A stretch of DNA of 64,000 nucleotides from positions 1-64,000 of the IMG/VR virus record IMGVR_UViG_3300023172_000022; one strand, written 5' to 3'. How positions within the stretch are numbered: the stretch's first letter is position 1; every line of letters starts with the position of its first letter. Origin of the DNA: a virus. Lineage: Duplodnaviria; Caudoviricetes. Under the pieces are notes generated by a model. That model was not told where the DNA came from. It did not search any database and saw only the letters and a program-made list of their open reading frames with translations. Shown here one piece after another: positions 1-8,270 of this stretch. The translations under genes and the position numbers were made by a program.

Positions 1-345
1 TAAAAGTTCCAATATTGGCATCATTAGTACTAGGTGTAATGGTAAATACATTGTCTGCCTGTGATACTGTAGCAATACTTCCAAGTCCACTTGTAGAATA
101 ACTCCATGTCAGAGGGAATCCTTCAGGGTCTGTAGAAACCGCTGTGATTACAGTAGGAGTTCCGTCAGTTTCCAGTGAATAAGATCCAGAAACGCCAGTG
201 ATTGCTGTTGGTGAGTCATTCTGTACTGTAGCAATCTTATACCAACCAGTACCAGAATAGATATAAAGATTATTGTTTCCTGTTACAAATGCCTGATCCC
301 CATTAGACATTCCTGTTTTTGCAATTAACGCAGTCAGATCTGCAA
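1..345. repeat. Dispersed direct repeat, copy 1 (about 345 bp; copy 2 at about 7868-8212)
   Basis: Gap-free alignment by eye at roughly 75-80% identity. Many differences are synonymous. Confidence 0.9.
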
Positions 346-478
346 GAACATCTATGGATGCACCAGAAGAAACTTCAGAACTTTCCCAATATCCTTTTGT
401 GGCATTGTAAACATAAGTTACATTACCTTCAGTTATTTCCTGTGCATTTGTCGGATTACTTGGAAAATTGATTGCCAT
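1..478 (-). CDS. Tail-fibre/adhesin protein, 3'-truncated by the window edge (not in ORF track)
   Basis: ATG at 476-478 with an open frame to position 1: MAINFPSNPTNAQEITEGNVTYVYNATKGYW...GTGWYKIATVQNDSPTAITG...DPEGFPLTWSYSTSGLGSIATVSQADNVFTITPSTN. The N-terminus resembles ORF 4083-5816 and the rest resembles ORF 5823-8267. Confidence 0.85.
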   Translation of the reverse strand, partial: MAINFPSNPTNAQEITEGNVTYVYNATKGYWESSEVSSGASIDVLADLTALIAKTGMSNGDQAFVTGNNNLYIYSGTGWYKIATVQNDSPTAITGVSGSYSLETDGTPTVITAVSTDPEGFPLTWSYSTSGLGSIATVSQADNVFTITPSTNDANIGTF

Positions 479-481
479 TTG

Positions 482-841
482 TTATTCCTCTAATATCCAT
501 GAAAGAGTTTCTTCGTTCCATATATATTGTTTTCCGTCCGTAGGATATTCTGTTGGCGCTTCCCATATACACAAATCTTCATTTAGTGTCCAACTATCAA
601 AGGGTTGTGGTGGAATGAAAGCATCTCTGTCAGAATCGTATACAAATCCTTCGCCTGCATAATTTTTTCTAAAATTTCCATTATATGATGTTTGAAGCCA
701 AGTGCCACCTAACAAATTATTACAAAAATTAATTCCTAAACTTTCTTGCTCAATTCCGTTTTCATCTAAGAGTTCATTGTTATGAACAACGATAACTCTT
801 AGTACTACATTATTAAGACCTATTTCAGCAAAATGTGCCAT
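482..841 (-). CDS. Conserved aquatic-phage small protein (MAHFA...QTSYN...FRKNYAG...DAFIPPQP), putative fibre-tip partner or assembly chaperone
   Basis: Motif set typical of genes that follow glycine-rich adhesins in aquatic phages. Coupled to the upstream gene by a TAATG overlap at 841. Confidence 0.7.
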   Translation of the reverse strand: MAHFAEIGLNNVVLRVIVVHNNELLDENGIEQESLGINFCNNLLGGTWLQTSYNGNFRKNYAGEGFVYDSDRDAFIPPQPFDSWTLNEDLCIWEAPTEYPTDGKQYIWNEETLSWILEE

Positions 842-1740
842 TAGAATGTTATACTCCCAGAACCAGTATATGTGTATATATAAAAGTTACCGGCAGTTGT
901 AATCGTGGGGGAGCCAGTTGTTGATGTGTGCGGTTCGATTGTTCTAATAATAACTATACCAGATCCCCCACTTTTACCAGATCCATAACCACCACCGCCA
1001 CCACCACCGCCGGTATTTACTGTGCCTGCTGTGCCATTATTTGCTGCACTTACTGTGTTTGTGCTTCCATTGCCACCACCACCAGTTCCCCCAGTACCGC
1101 CTGCGTTGTATGTTGCGGCGCCTCCTCCACCACCAGCATAATAAGTGGGAGTTCCGTTTATGGCGTATTCTAAACCATCCCCTCCATTGCGGTCAGTAGC
1201 TGCAGAACCCGCACCACCTCCGCCTCCGCCTGGCCTGTCGCCTGCGCTTGACCCCGCAGCGCCATCGTTTCCTTGTCCAGCAATACCAGAACCACCAGCG
1301 CCACCTGCTAAACCATGACCGCCACCGCCGGAGCCTCCATTATTACCAGCTCCGTTGTTCCTCACTCCGCCACCACCCCCGCCGGTAACGGATACTCCAT
1401 CAAATGAACTAGTTCCTCCACTAAAACCTTTTGCATTATCACTAGAATTGCCGGTGCCTCCAGCACCAACAACAATATTATATGTAGTTCCGAGCACAAT
1501 AGACTGATCAGTTAGATAATTTAATCCGCCAGCTCCACCACCGCCGCAACCATTTGCATTCGGTCCCCCACCTCCAGCTGCTCCTCCAGCAACTATAAGA
1601 ACGTCCATTTTAGAGAGTATAGTTGGCCAACTTCCAGACTGTTTTTCCAAATGTTGTTGGGAAAGAGATACCATTCCAGAAAATCCGTCATTTTCTGCAC
1701 TTATCTTTTTTCCTGAGACTCCGAAATTACCACGAGGCAT
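841..1740 (-). CDS. Glycine-rich (polyglycine-sandwich, gp38-like) adhesin protein
   Basis: VLIVAGGAAGGGG, GGGGAGG, YAGGGGG, NTGGGGGG and GGSGIVIIR motifs. C-terminal YTYTGSGSITF. Confidence 0.8.
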   Translation of the reverse strand: MPRGNFGVSGKKISAENDGFSGMVSLSQQHLEKQSGSWPTILSKMDVLIVAGGAAGGGGPNANGCGGGGAGGLNYLTDQSIVLGTTYNIVVGAGGTGNSSDNAKGFSGGTSSFDGVSVTGGGGGGVRNNGAGNNGGSGGGGHGLAGGAGGSGIAGQGNDGAAGSSAGDRPGGGGGGAGSAATDRNGGDGLEYAINGTPTYYAGGGGGAATYNAGGTGGTGGGGNGSTNTVSAANNGTAGTVNTGGGGGGGGYGSGKSGGSGIVIIRTIEPHTSTTGSPTITTAGNFYIYTYTGSGSITF

Positions 1741-2093
1741 TAACTTATTTCCTCATAACTACAAACTGCTTCAAGATCATTTACAACATTTGCAGTAAGT
1801 CTCAATGAATCTCCCTCTTCTAAGTATATTGATTTTGCAATTACATCTAAAGTTGCATCAGCAGGAACAACTACAGTTTTTGCAATATGATATGCGACAC
1901 TAGAACGATAAATATCTACACTTATTTCTGCATTGTCTATTCCATCTACATTACTGACGTAAAGTGCATTTACTTTATATACTTTATTAGAACCAGCTGG
2001 ATTTTCAACAATAGTGGTTGCGGTTGTTCCTACTAATTGAACAGCAGTTTTTCCTGTAATTGTTGTTACATTAACAATGTTTGGTGCTGCCAT
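1740..2093 (-). CDS. Conserved phage fibre-associated adaptor protein (MAAPNIVNV...IYLEEGD...SYEEIS)
   Basis: Recognisable small beta-rich family from aquatic phage fibre clusters. TAATG coupling at 1740. Confidence 0.7.
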   Translation of the reverse strand: MAAPNIVNVTTITGKTAVQLVGTTATTIVENPAGSNKVYKVNALYVSNVDGIDNAEISVDIYRSSVAYHIAKTVVVPADATLDVIAKSIYLEEGDSLRLTANVVNDLEAVCSYEEIS

Positions 2094-2094
2094 T

Positions 2095-2463
2095 TTATGT
2101 TCCTCCGAAAATTATTGACATGGCTATTGATTTACCTGTTCCGGCGTCTTGTCCATCTGCTCCATCTGCTCCATCTGCTCCCGCTGGACCTGACTGAGTA
2201 TTTGGACTCATTTGAACCCATTGTGTAGATGTTCCATCATCATACCAGATAAATGTTTTTCCTACAGAACTATCAAACCACATGTCTCCGTTATTAGGAT
2301 TTGTTGGCGCAGTATCTGAAGTTGTTACAGTCGCTGGAGTAAGAGTTGGACCCGCGGCACTATTAGAGTTCCACACGCCTGCTGATGCATCGTATGTATA
2401 GATGATTGTTCCAATTTGAACTGTCTGTCCGTCAGTAGGACTGTCTGGTAATGAAATAGGCAT
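2095..2463 (-). CDS. Short fibre/linker protein with a collagen-like GAD stretch and C-terminal GKSIAMSIIFG motif
   Basis: N-terminal PDSPTDG..YTY..GVW module, an SDTAPT..GDMWFD module, and GADGADGADG encoded by a 9-bp tandem repeat at about 2153-2180. Confidence 0.7.
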   Translation of the reverse strand: MPISLPDSPTDGQTVQIGTIIYTYDASAGVWNSNSAAGPTLTPATVTTSDTAPTNPNNGDMWFDSSVGKTFIWYDDGTSTQWVQMSPNTQSGPAGADGADGADGQDAGTGKSIAMSIIFGGT

Positions 2464-2670
2464 TTAACTATCCGTCCATGATTGTGGGTCAGTTGGTCCA
2501 GAAGAACCACCTCCACCATAAAGGTTTTGAATAACGACTGGATCAAATGAAATATTCACAGCGCTATTTGGTTTATCTACAGTTTTAATTTGGAAACTAT
2601 GAACAACTGCTGTTCTCACAATATTCGCAACTTTTGTAGAATGAACACCAACTAAAACTGCATCTGACAT
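2464..2670 (-). CDS. Hypothetical protein (68 aa)
   Basis: ATG ORF that fills the gap between co-oriented genes, with GGAGG just upstream. Confidence 0.6.
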   Translation of the reverse strand: MSDAVLVGVHSTKVANIVRTAVVHSFQIKTVDKPNSAVNISFDPVVIQNLYGGGGSSGPTDPQSWTDS

Positions 2671-2673
2671 TTA

Positions 2674-3810
2674 TCACCCTCCGAATGGAACATTTTCTTC
2701 TGGAAACGCATAACAAGCATTCCAAGTACTAGATGTCAGTACCTCATCACCAGATTTATGAACTCTGAAAATTCTATATTGAGTTGCGCCTTCGGTAAGA
2801 ATATCGCCACTCCATCCGATACCATCTGATGTTCGATACCAGTTCATCAATCTTCCTCTTCTTGGATCTCCATAATTATCAATATCATCCGTATGTCCTT
2901 TATATGTCATTGGGACTAATTGATGAACGAAATTGCCATTTGCTTGCGGAATTTGATAAATTCTATTTCTACATTGTGGTTCCAACATTGGCTTGTTTTC
3001 GTGAGTTGCTGCATGATACCCATAGTGTTCATTTCCTTGATCTGATATTTCAGAATTTCTATAAGCACCATACTGGTCTATAAATTGTGGATTTGCAATT
3101 GCATGGTGAGCACCATTGGCGCCCGCGGCCGCAAGTCCATTCGCCTTTTCCATACAATTCGACCACATCCACCATCCCATAATAGTTGGACAATATCTAG
3201 AATTTCCAGAATATGCGTAATTATCAATAGTTGCACTATATTCAAGGTCACAAAAAACATATGTTCCGTAGTCAACTTCAGTATCTAATCCAGTAGTAAT
3301 CAATTGAAACGCAAGGGTTGTATCATTCATTATGATGTGCATTTCTTTCCAATATGCAGGGGCTTGTTGACTTTGGTTGACGGGAACCCGTCCATAATTA
3401 TATGTTGTATTACTATGGTCGCCCCAATAATGGTTGCCATTCGCCCCAGGCACACCATTACCTGCTGCAGAATCGAACATGTTCATTCTCCAACAATATA
3501 GATAATCAACATAAAAGTAAATTCTCCTAAAAGGCGTATAACCTGCTGTTTGACCTTTCGCGTAATGATATTTATCAAGATAAAAACTACCACTACCTTC
3601 GTTTCCTGTCGCGGTGGATGTAGTATTGACTGTATAGATTCCAGTTGTTGGCATCGTTCCGCCAATATAACTTAATCCTTGATTATGTCCACTCGCATTT
3701 AATTGAGATGTAGATGTAATCGTTCCAGCCAAAACCCCCCTAAGATTGTTTATTGCGGCAATTGTTGCTGGGTAACCAGCTGAACCACTAGATACTAGTT
3801 TTGCGTACAT
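2674..3810 (-). CDS. Putative virion structural protein (about 378 aa; start re-called to MYAKLVSS)
   Basis: ATG 3808-3810 overlaps the upstream TAA (TAATG) and follows GAGGAAGAG. The sequence is aromatic/Asn/His-rich with C-terminal LVPM..GRL..YRT..GD. Confidence 0.65.
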   Translation of the reverse strand: MYAKLVSSGSAGYPATIAAINNLRGVLAGTITSTSQLNASGHNQGLSYIGGTMPTTGIYTVNTTSTATGNEGSGSFYLDKYHYAKGQTAGYTPFRRIYFYVDYLYCWRMNMFDSAAGNGVPGANGNHYWGDHSNTTYNYGRVPVNQSQQAPAYWKEMHIIMNDTTLAFQLITTGLDTEVDYGTYVFCDLEYSATIDNYAYSGNSRYCPTIMGWWMWSNCMEKANGLAAAGANGAHHAIANPQFIDQYGAYRNSEISDQGNEHYGYHAATHENKPMLEPQCRNRIYQIPQANGNFVHQLVPMTYKGHTDDIDNYGDPRRGRLMNWYRTSDGIGWSGDILTEGATQYRIFRVHKSGDEVLTSSTWNACYAFPEENVPFGG

Positions 3811-4070
3811 TACTCTTCCTCTCCTGTATATTCTGACCAAACACCATCAACATCTTTGAGTGTATGGGTTTCTCCAATTACAATTTCTTCAATTCCACCA
3901 CCCAAAGAAGTTCCCCAAAGTAAAACATCTTCATCATTACTAATATAATCTTTTTGTATTTGTTCTGTTGATGGGCCGGAAGCTCTATATACTGTAAGAG
4001 TAACAACATCAGAACTAATCGCATACTTTTTTCTATATGATGCAATTAAATTTTCGTCCGTTAGTGCCAT
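3810..4070 (-). CDS. Hypothetical protein (start re-called to MALTDENL)
   Basis: GGAG-aaaaaa-ATG at 4070; fills the operon gap. Confidence 0.6.
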   Translation of the reverse strand: MALTDENLIASYRKKYAISSDVVTLTVYRASGPSTEQIQKDYISNDEDVLLWGTSLGGGIEEIVIGETHTLKDVDGVWSEYTGEEE

Positions 4071-4082
4071 TTTTTTCTCCAA

Positions 4083-5816
4083 TTATGAATATGTAAATGT
4101 TAATCTTAAATTTTCTCCAGCGTCACCAGAACCAATTTGAGTGATATCCACAGTTAAGTAATCATCTGCAATCAAAGATAAACTTGGAGATGTATCTTCT
4201 GACTTTACTGCTCCTGCTGTGATGCTCATTGTTTTAGTTGTGGTTGTTCCACTAGAAACTTTGTTTATTGTTATATTTATATCCGCGCCAGATGATGCTG
4301 TATCTACTCTTGCAATAATTTTATTTACTACTATATTTCTGGGGGCATACCATCTTTTTGTGCCAGTTGTAACTGTAAGAGTTCCTTCTTGTAATAAACT
4401 AACAACTCCAAGTCCAACACCACCACCAGTCAATAACCCAGAACCATCTGAAAGTTCATTAATATCAGTTGGAATTGTTGGTGAGTCTGAAAGATCATTA
4501 TACGAACCACTTGAAGCCACAGTTGACAATGATGGTTGATTTGTCAAATCATTATAATTTCCAGAAAACCCAGTGACATTTTCTTGTGCAATTGTTGCAA
4601 TCTTGTTTATTACTTCAGCGGCACCATCAATGTAATCGTTCATGTGTGTTGGTACAAATTTTGTACCGTTATACATCAAACATGCAGTAGTTGGTATTGC
4701 TGGTTTGTCTTTAATTAAAAATGATGTCTTATGTCCAAACTGTGTATGTTGAAAATAAACTCTAATAGAATTGTCTGCATCATTCAACACATCAACTTCT
4801 AAATCTTTAATAGTAATTACACCTTTCATTGCACTGTGATTTGCACATTGGTAATAGAGCGTATCGGGCGCATCTGCTGGGACTGTAAATGTAAGAGTTC
4901 CAACTTCTGTTCTAGAACCAGTGACTCCATTTGTATATTCTCCAACATAACCACCCTGCGTCCAGTTTATTCCATCATCTGTGGTCAGATAAAATGGATG
5001 GCCCGTAACATTTAAATTGAATGTATATGTGCCTCCACGATATAGAGGTTCTATATCAACCCCATGTACCAAATCGATCTCATATGCGCCATTATCGATT
5101 GTAACATTCATGCTAATTGATGGTGCAACAAGTGTAATGTCTGATGCAGAAAAATCTTTTGGAATTGTCCAAACATGCTTTTGAACTTCAGTATTAGTAT
5201 TAGTTACGGAATTAAATCTACTTTCTGTTGTCGTTGTTATGCCAGGAATTAAATTATCAGTTCCTGCCCCTAAAATTGATTTAAGATATCCAGAGTGTGC
5301 CTGTGTCATATCTCCGTATTGAGTATATGCGAAGTTTACAAAAGTGTATGTCCCTTCTCTATATAAAGGAATTTCTGTTTCTGTGCTTGAATTTGAAATC
5401 GCACCTCTTCCATAAAGAAGTGACTCACCCCAACTCCAAAACCAGTTCATTCCATGTCCAGCTTCGTTTGAGTTTACTATAAGTTCCATTGCTTCTGGCA
5501 ATAGAGTTACATCAAAGTCTGGCGATGCAATTGATGCAGTACTTGTTAATTGTCCATCAGTGATTGATATACTTTCATTTCCAAGATATAGTGTTCCTGT
5601 AGAAAGATATAAATCTCTGAATTTCTTTTCTGCCGACCCTAAGTCATATGTAATATTTGTGTCTGGAATTATATGACCATTTATTGCCCCAATTTCTGTT
5701 GGAATTGCAGATATAGATGCAATCCAAACACCCTTGGTTGCGTTGTAAGTCCAAACCTTTGAACCAACTGTATGTGTATCTCCATCTGTTGGACTATCTG
5801 GAAAATTGATTGCCAT
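4083..5816 (-). CDS. Tail-fibre protein with a cupredoxin-like domain
   Basis: MAINFPDSPT N-module, IIPDTNITYDLGS..KFRDLYL fibre repeat, GHPFYL...APDTLYYQCANHSAM, SG.YNDL..P repeats and a C-terminal beta-sandwich (DYLTVDITQIGS). Confidence 0.8.
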   Translation of the reverse strand: MAINFPDSPTDGDTHTVGSKVWTYNATKGVWIASISAIPTEIGAINGHIIPDTNITYDLGSAEKKFRDLYLSTGTLYLGNESISITDGQLTSTASIASPDFDVTLLPEAMELIVNSNEAGHGMNWFWSWGESLLYGRGAISNSSTETEIPLYREGTYTFVNFAYTQYGDMTQAHSGYLKSILGAGTDNLIPGITTTTESRFNSVTNTNTEVQKHVWTIPKDFSASDITLVAPSISMNVTIDNGAYEIDLVHGVDIEPLYRGGTYTFNLNVTGHPFYLTTDDGINWTQGGYVGEYTNGVTGSRTEVGTLTFTVPADAPDTLYYQCANHSAMKGVITIKDLEVDVLNDADNSIRVYFQHTQFGHKTSFLIKDKPAIPTTACLMYNGTKFVPTHMNDYIDGAAEVINKIATIAQENVTGFSGNYNDLTNQPSLSTVASSGSYNDLSDSPTIPTDINELSDGSGLLTGGGVGLGVVSLLQEGTLTVTTGTKRWYAPRNIVVNKIIARVDTASSGADINITINKVSSGTTTTKTMSITAGAVKSEDTSPSLSLIADDYLTVDITQIGSGDAGENLRLTFTYS

Positions 5817-5822
5817 TTTCTA

Positions 5823-8267
5823 TTATCCTTTTAGTGGTTCTGTTGGTGGTGTAAAGTTTGCGGTGTATCTTGCGAGACCTTTAGTAATTCTTACATCTTG
5901 AATATAACCAGCAAAATAATTAGTACCTGTCGCTTGTTGATATCCAATTGCTACTGGAATTCCATGTGTTAAGTCTCTAGTAAGGGTAGTACTGTTAACC
6001 TGTGTGCCATCTACAAACATTCTAATCGTATTACCAGACCTAGATACAGCGACATGGTGCCAAGTATTGACTTGGATATTTGAGCCACTAGGATCCTGTA
6101 ATAATACACCATCTGCTTGAGTATAAAAGGCCAAACTACCACCAGTACTTCTCCAATACAATTGATAACTACCCGCTTGAGATGCGCTGTAGGTATCTAC
6201 TATCAGATGATTGCTGGATAATGCTGTAGGATATATCCAAGCTTCAATAGTAAAGTCTGTCGGTAAATCATAATCTGTACTGGCAGAAGTTTTTATATAA
6301 TCTCCACTGCCATCAAAATACATTGACTTAGTATCCGTAAACTTAACCTGAGTCGTTGAACCAGTAGTATTACCAATCAACTTTAGGTTAGCGTTTTGAG
6401 ACTTATCTATGATCGAAGCGTCTGTGCCTTGTATGTGTAACACTGATCCAGTTGAAGATAGAGGAGCAGTTGGTGGAGTGAAATTTGCAGTATAAACTAT
6501 ACTATCTGTAATTCTATGATCTGCAATCCATCCTTGACTATAAGAAGTCGTGCCAGCATTCATAGTATCACCACACCCAATGTTAAAAACAGTATTTAAA
6601 CTGCCCGGATGATATGCAGAAGTTCCATTGAAAACATTAACACCATCAACATATATTTTGTATCGTTTTTCGCTCGCATCGTGAGTTAAAGCAAGGTGAT
6701 GCCATTGATATCTTAAATCAACGCTGCCAGTATAAGTCAAATCCCATGTATTGACATCATCCCTACCAATACCCAAGAATACTTTGTAACTACCACCGAT
6801 AGAGAAAACTGCACCATCAGCGGCTTGTCTGTTTCTTGACAATGCAATGGTCATGCCTCCGATTGCATATGCCCAACATTCAACTGTGTAGTCGGCATCT
6901 CTATCCCAAGCAGCTGCTGGAATAATCAATCCATCGTCAGTCCCATCAAAATATACAGACCCGCCATGAACGGCTGTTTCGTATTTGAAATTGTCATATC
7001 TACTAAATGGTTTTATTGATGTATTACCATTTGATGTAATTGTATATGCATTTGGTGAATTATCAACAAGATACGGAAACTGATTTTGATTTGTTAATAG
7101 TGTAGTGTTAGTTACTGCTGTTATATTTTCAGTTGAAGGTGTAAAATCACCATCATATACATATGAACCAGTGACTAATCTTAGGTCTGAAACATAAGCT
7201 TTAGCTCCATTAAAAAGTGTTCTTGTAGTTAGATTGCTTGTTAAATTTACACTATCACTAAAAGTTCCATTTTCATTATATGTACTCAATGTTTGACTGA
7301 CACCATTTACATAAATTTCTATAGTTCCGTTTCTTCTTTGAGCGACTAGATGAGTCCATTCACCCTGTGGAACCCAATAATTATCAACATATTTTCCTAC
7401 AGTATAAGAACCATATACACCATAACCAAAAGTTAAACCATTATACCCATTATAATTAGATACATGAAAAGTCCAAGTGGTGCCACTGCCACTAGATTCA
7501 GTGTTCATAAAAATTTTACCGGCAGTATTAGTCCAATCTTCATCTGGCCAAATCCAAAATTCAAATGTAAAATCACCAGTGCCAAGATGAAGGCCACTAG
7601 GCACAGTGTAATTGTCACCAGTTCCATCGAAATATGTACTATATCCGCCATGACGATAAGGACTAAACGTGCCGGCGTTAGCGTCACCTAATACTGTGAT
7701 CGTATGATTATTTGTTGAAGAATCCGTAATGTTACTGTTACTTGATGTATCAACCGCTGTTGCTAATAAAGTTGTATAATTACTATTTGTAATAATAAAT
7801 TCCAGTTCTATCGATGTATTTGCACTCACTGCACCATTAACACCATCAGTTGCATTAATTGTAAGAGTAAAAGTTCCTCCATTATCATCATTAGTACTGG
7901 GTGTAATTGTGAATACATTATCCGCTTGCGATACTGTAGCAATACTTCCTAAACCAGAAGTAGAATATGTCCACGTAAGAGGAAACCCTTCAGGGTCTGT
8001 AGAAACTGCTGTGATTACAGTAGGTGTACCGTCAGTTGCAAGTTCGTAGGTTCCATTCACTCCAGTGATTGCTGTTGGAGAATCGTTTTGAATTGTCGCA
8101 ATCTTATACCAACCAGTACCAGAATACATAAACAAGTTATTACTTGATAGTACTAAAGCCTGATCTCCATTAGACATCCCTGTGACAGCGATCAACGCAG
8201 TCATATCCGCAACAGTTGTAGTTGTTGCTGCCGCTGGTTGATATCTTATAGTTGCGTAATTCGTCAT
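5823..8267 (-). CDS. Fibre-tip lectin-like protein with an Ig/cadherin-like domain and three LamG/ConA-like domains
   Basis: DPEGFPLTW Ig-like domain, followed by three repeats of YFDG.GD...(D)FT.E.W...W.H.A....YVDG...D.R.T...Y..(N/D)FTP. Confidence 0.85.
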   Translation of the reverse strand: MTNYATIRYQPAAATTTTVADMTALIAVTGMSNGDQALVLSSNNLFMYSGTGWYKIATIQNDSPTAITGVNGTYELATDGTPTVITAVSTDPEGFPLTWTYSTSGLGSIATVSQADNVFTITPSTNDDNGGTFTLTINATDGVNGAVSANTSIELEFIITNSNYTTLLATAVDTSSNSNITDSSTNNHTITVLGDANAGTFSPYRHGGYSTYFDGTGDNYTVPSGLHLGTGDFTFEFWIWPDEDWTNTAGKIFMNTESSGSGTTWTFHVSNYNGYNGLTFGYGVYGSYTVGKYVDNYWVPQGEWTHLVAQRRNGTIEIYVNGVSQTLSTYNENGTFSDSVNLTSNLTTRTLFNGAKAYVSDLRLVTGSYVYDGDFTPSTENITAVTNTTLLTNQNQFPYLVDNSPNAYTITSNGNTSIKPFSRYDNFKYETAVHGGSVYFDGTDDGLIIPAAAWDRDADYTVECWAYAIGGMTIALSRNRQAADGAVFSIGGSYKVFLGIGRDDVNTWDLTYTGSVDLRYQWHHLALTHDASEKRYKIYVDGVNVFNGTSAYHPGSLNTVFNIGCGDTMNAGTTSYSQGWIADHRITDSIVYTANFTPPTAPLSSTGSVLHIQGTDASIIDKSQNANLKLIGNTTGSTTQVKFTDTKSMYFDGSGDYIKTSASTDYDLPTDFTIEAWIYPTALSSNHLIVDTYSASQAGSYQLYWRSTGGSLAFYTQADGVLLQDPSGSNIQVNTWHHVAVSRSGNTIRMFVDGTQVNSTTLTRDLTHGIPVAIGYQQATGTNYFAGYIQDVRITKGLARYTANFTPPTEPLKG
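7868..8212. repeat. Dispersed direct repeat, copy 2 (of 1-345)
   Basis: Shared blocks include gcaatcttataccaaccagtaccagaata and ccttcagggtctgtagaaac. Confidence 0.9.
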
Positions 8268-8270
8268 TTA

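Noticed and set aside
841-1740. Local GC rise as a sign of horizontal transfer
   Set aside because: Glycine and alanine codons in the polyglycine domain explain it.
4274-4281. TATAAATA inside ORF 4083-5816
   Set aside because: It is intragenic in an AT-rich genome and about 200 nt from the next start. It could be real but cannot be told from chance.
1-8212. Repeat pair 1-345 / 7868-8212 as a DGR template and variable region
   Set aside because: Mismatches involve all four bases and are often synonymous, not adenine-specific. Both copies are in-frame N-terminal coding sequence, and no reverse transcriptase is in the window.
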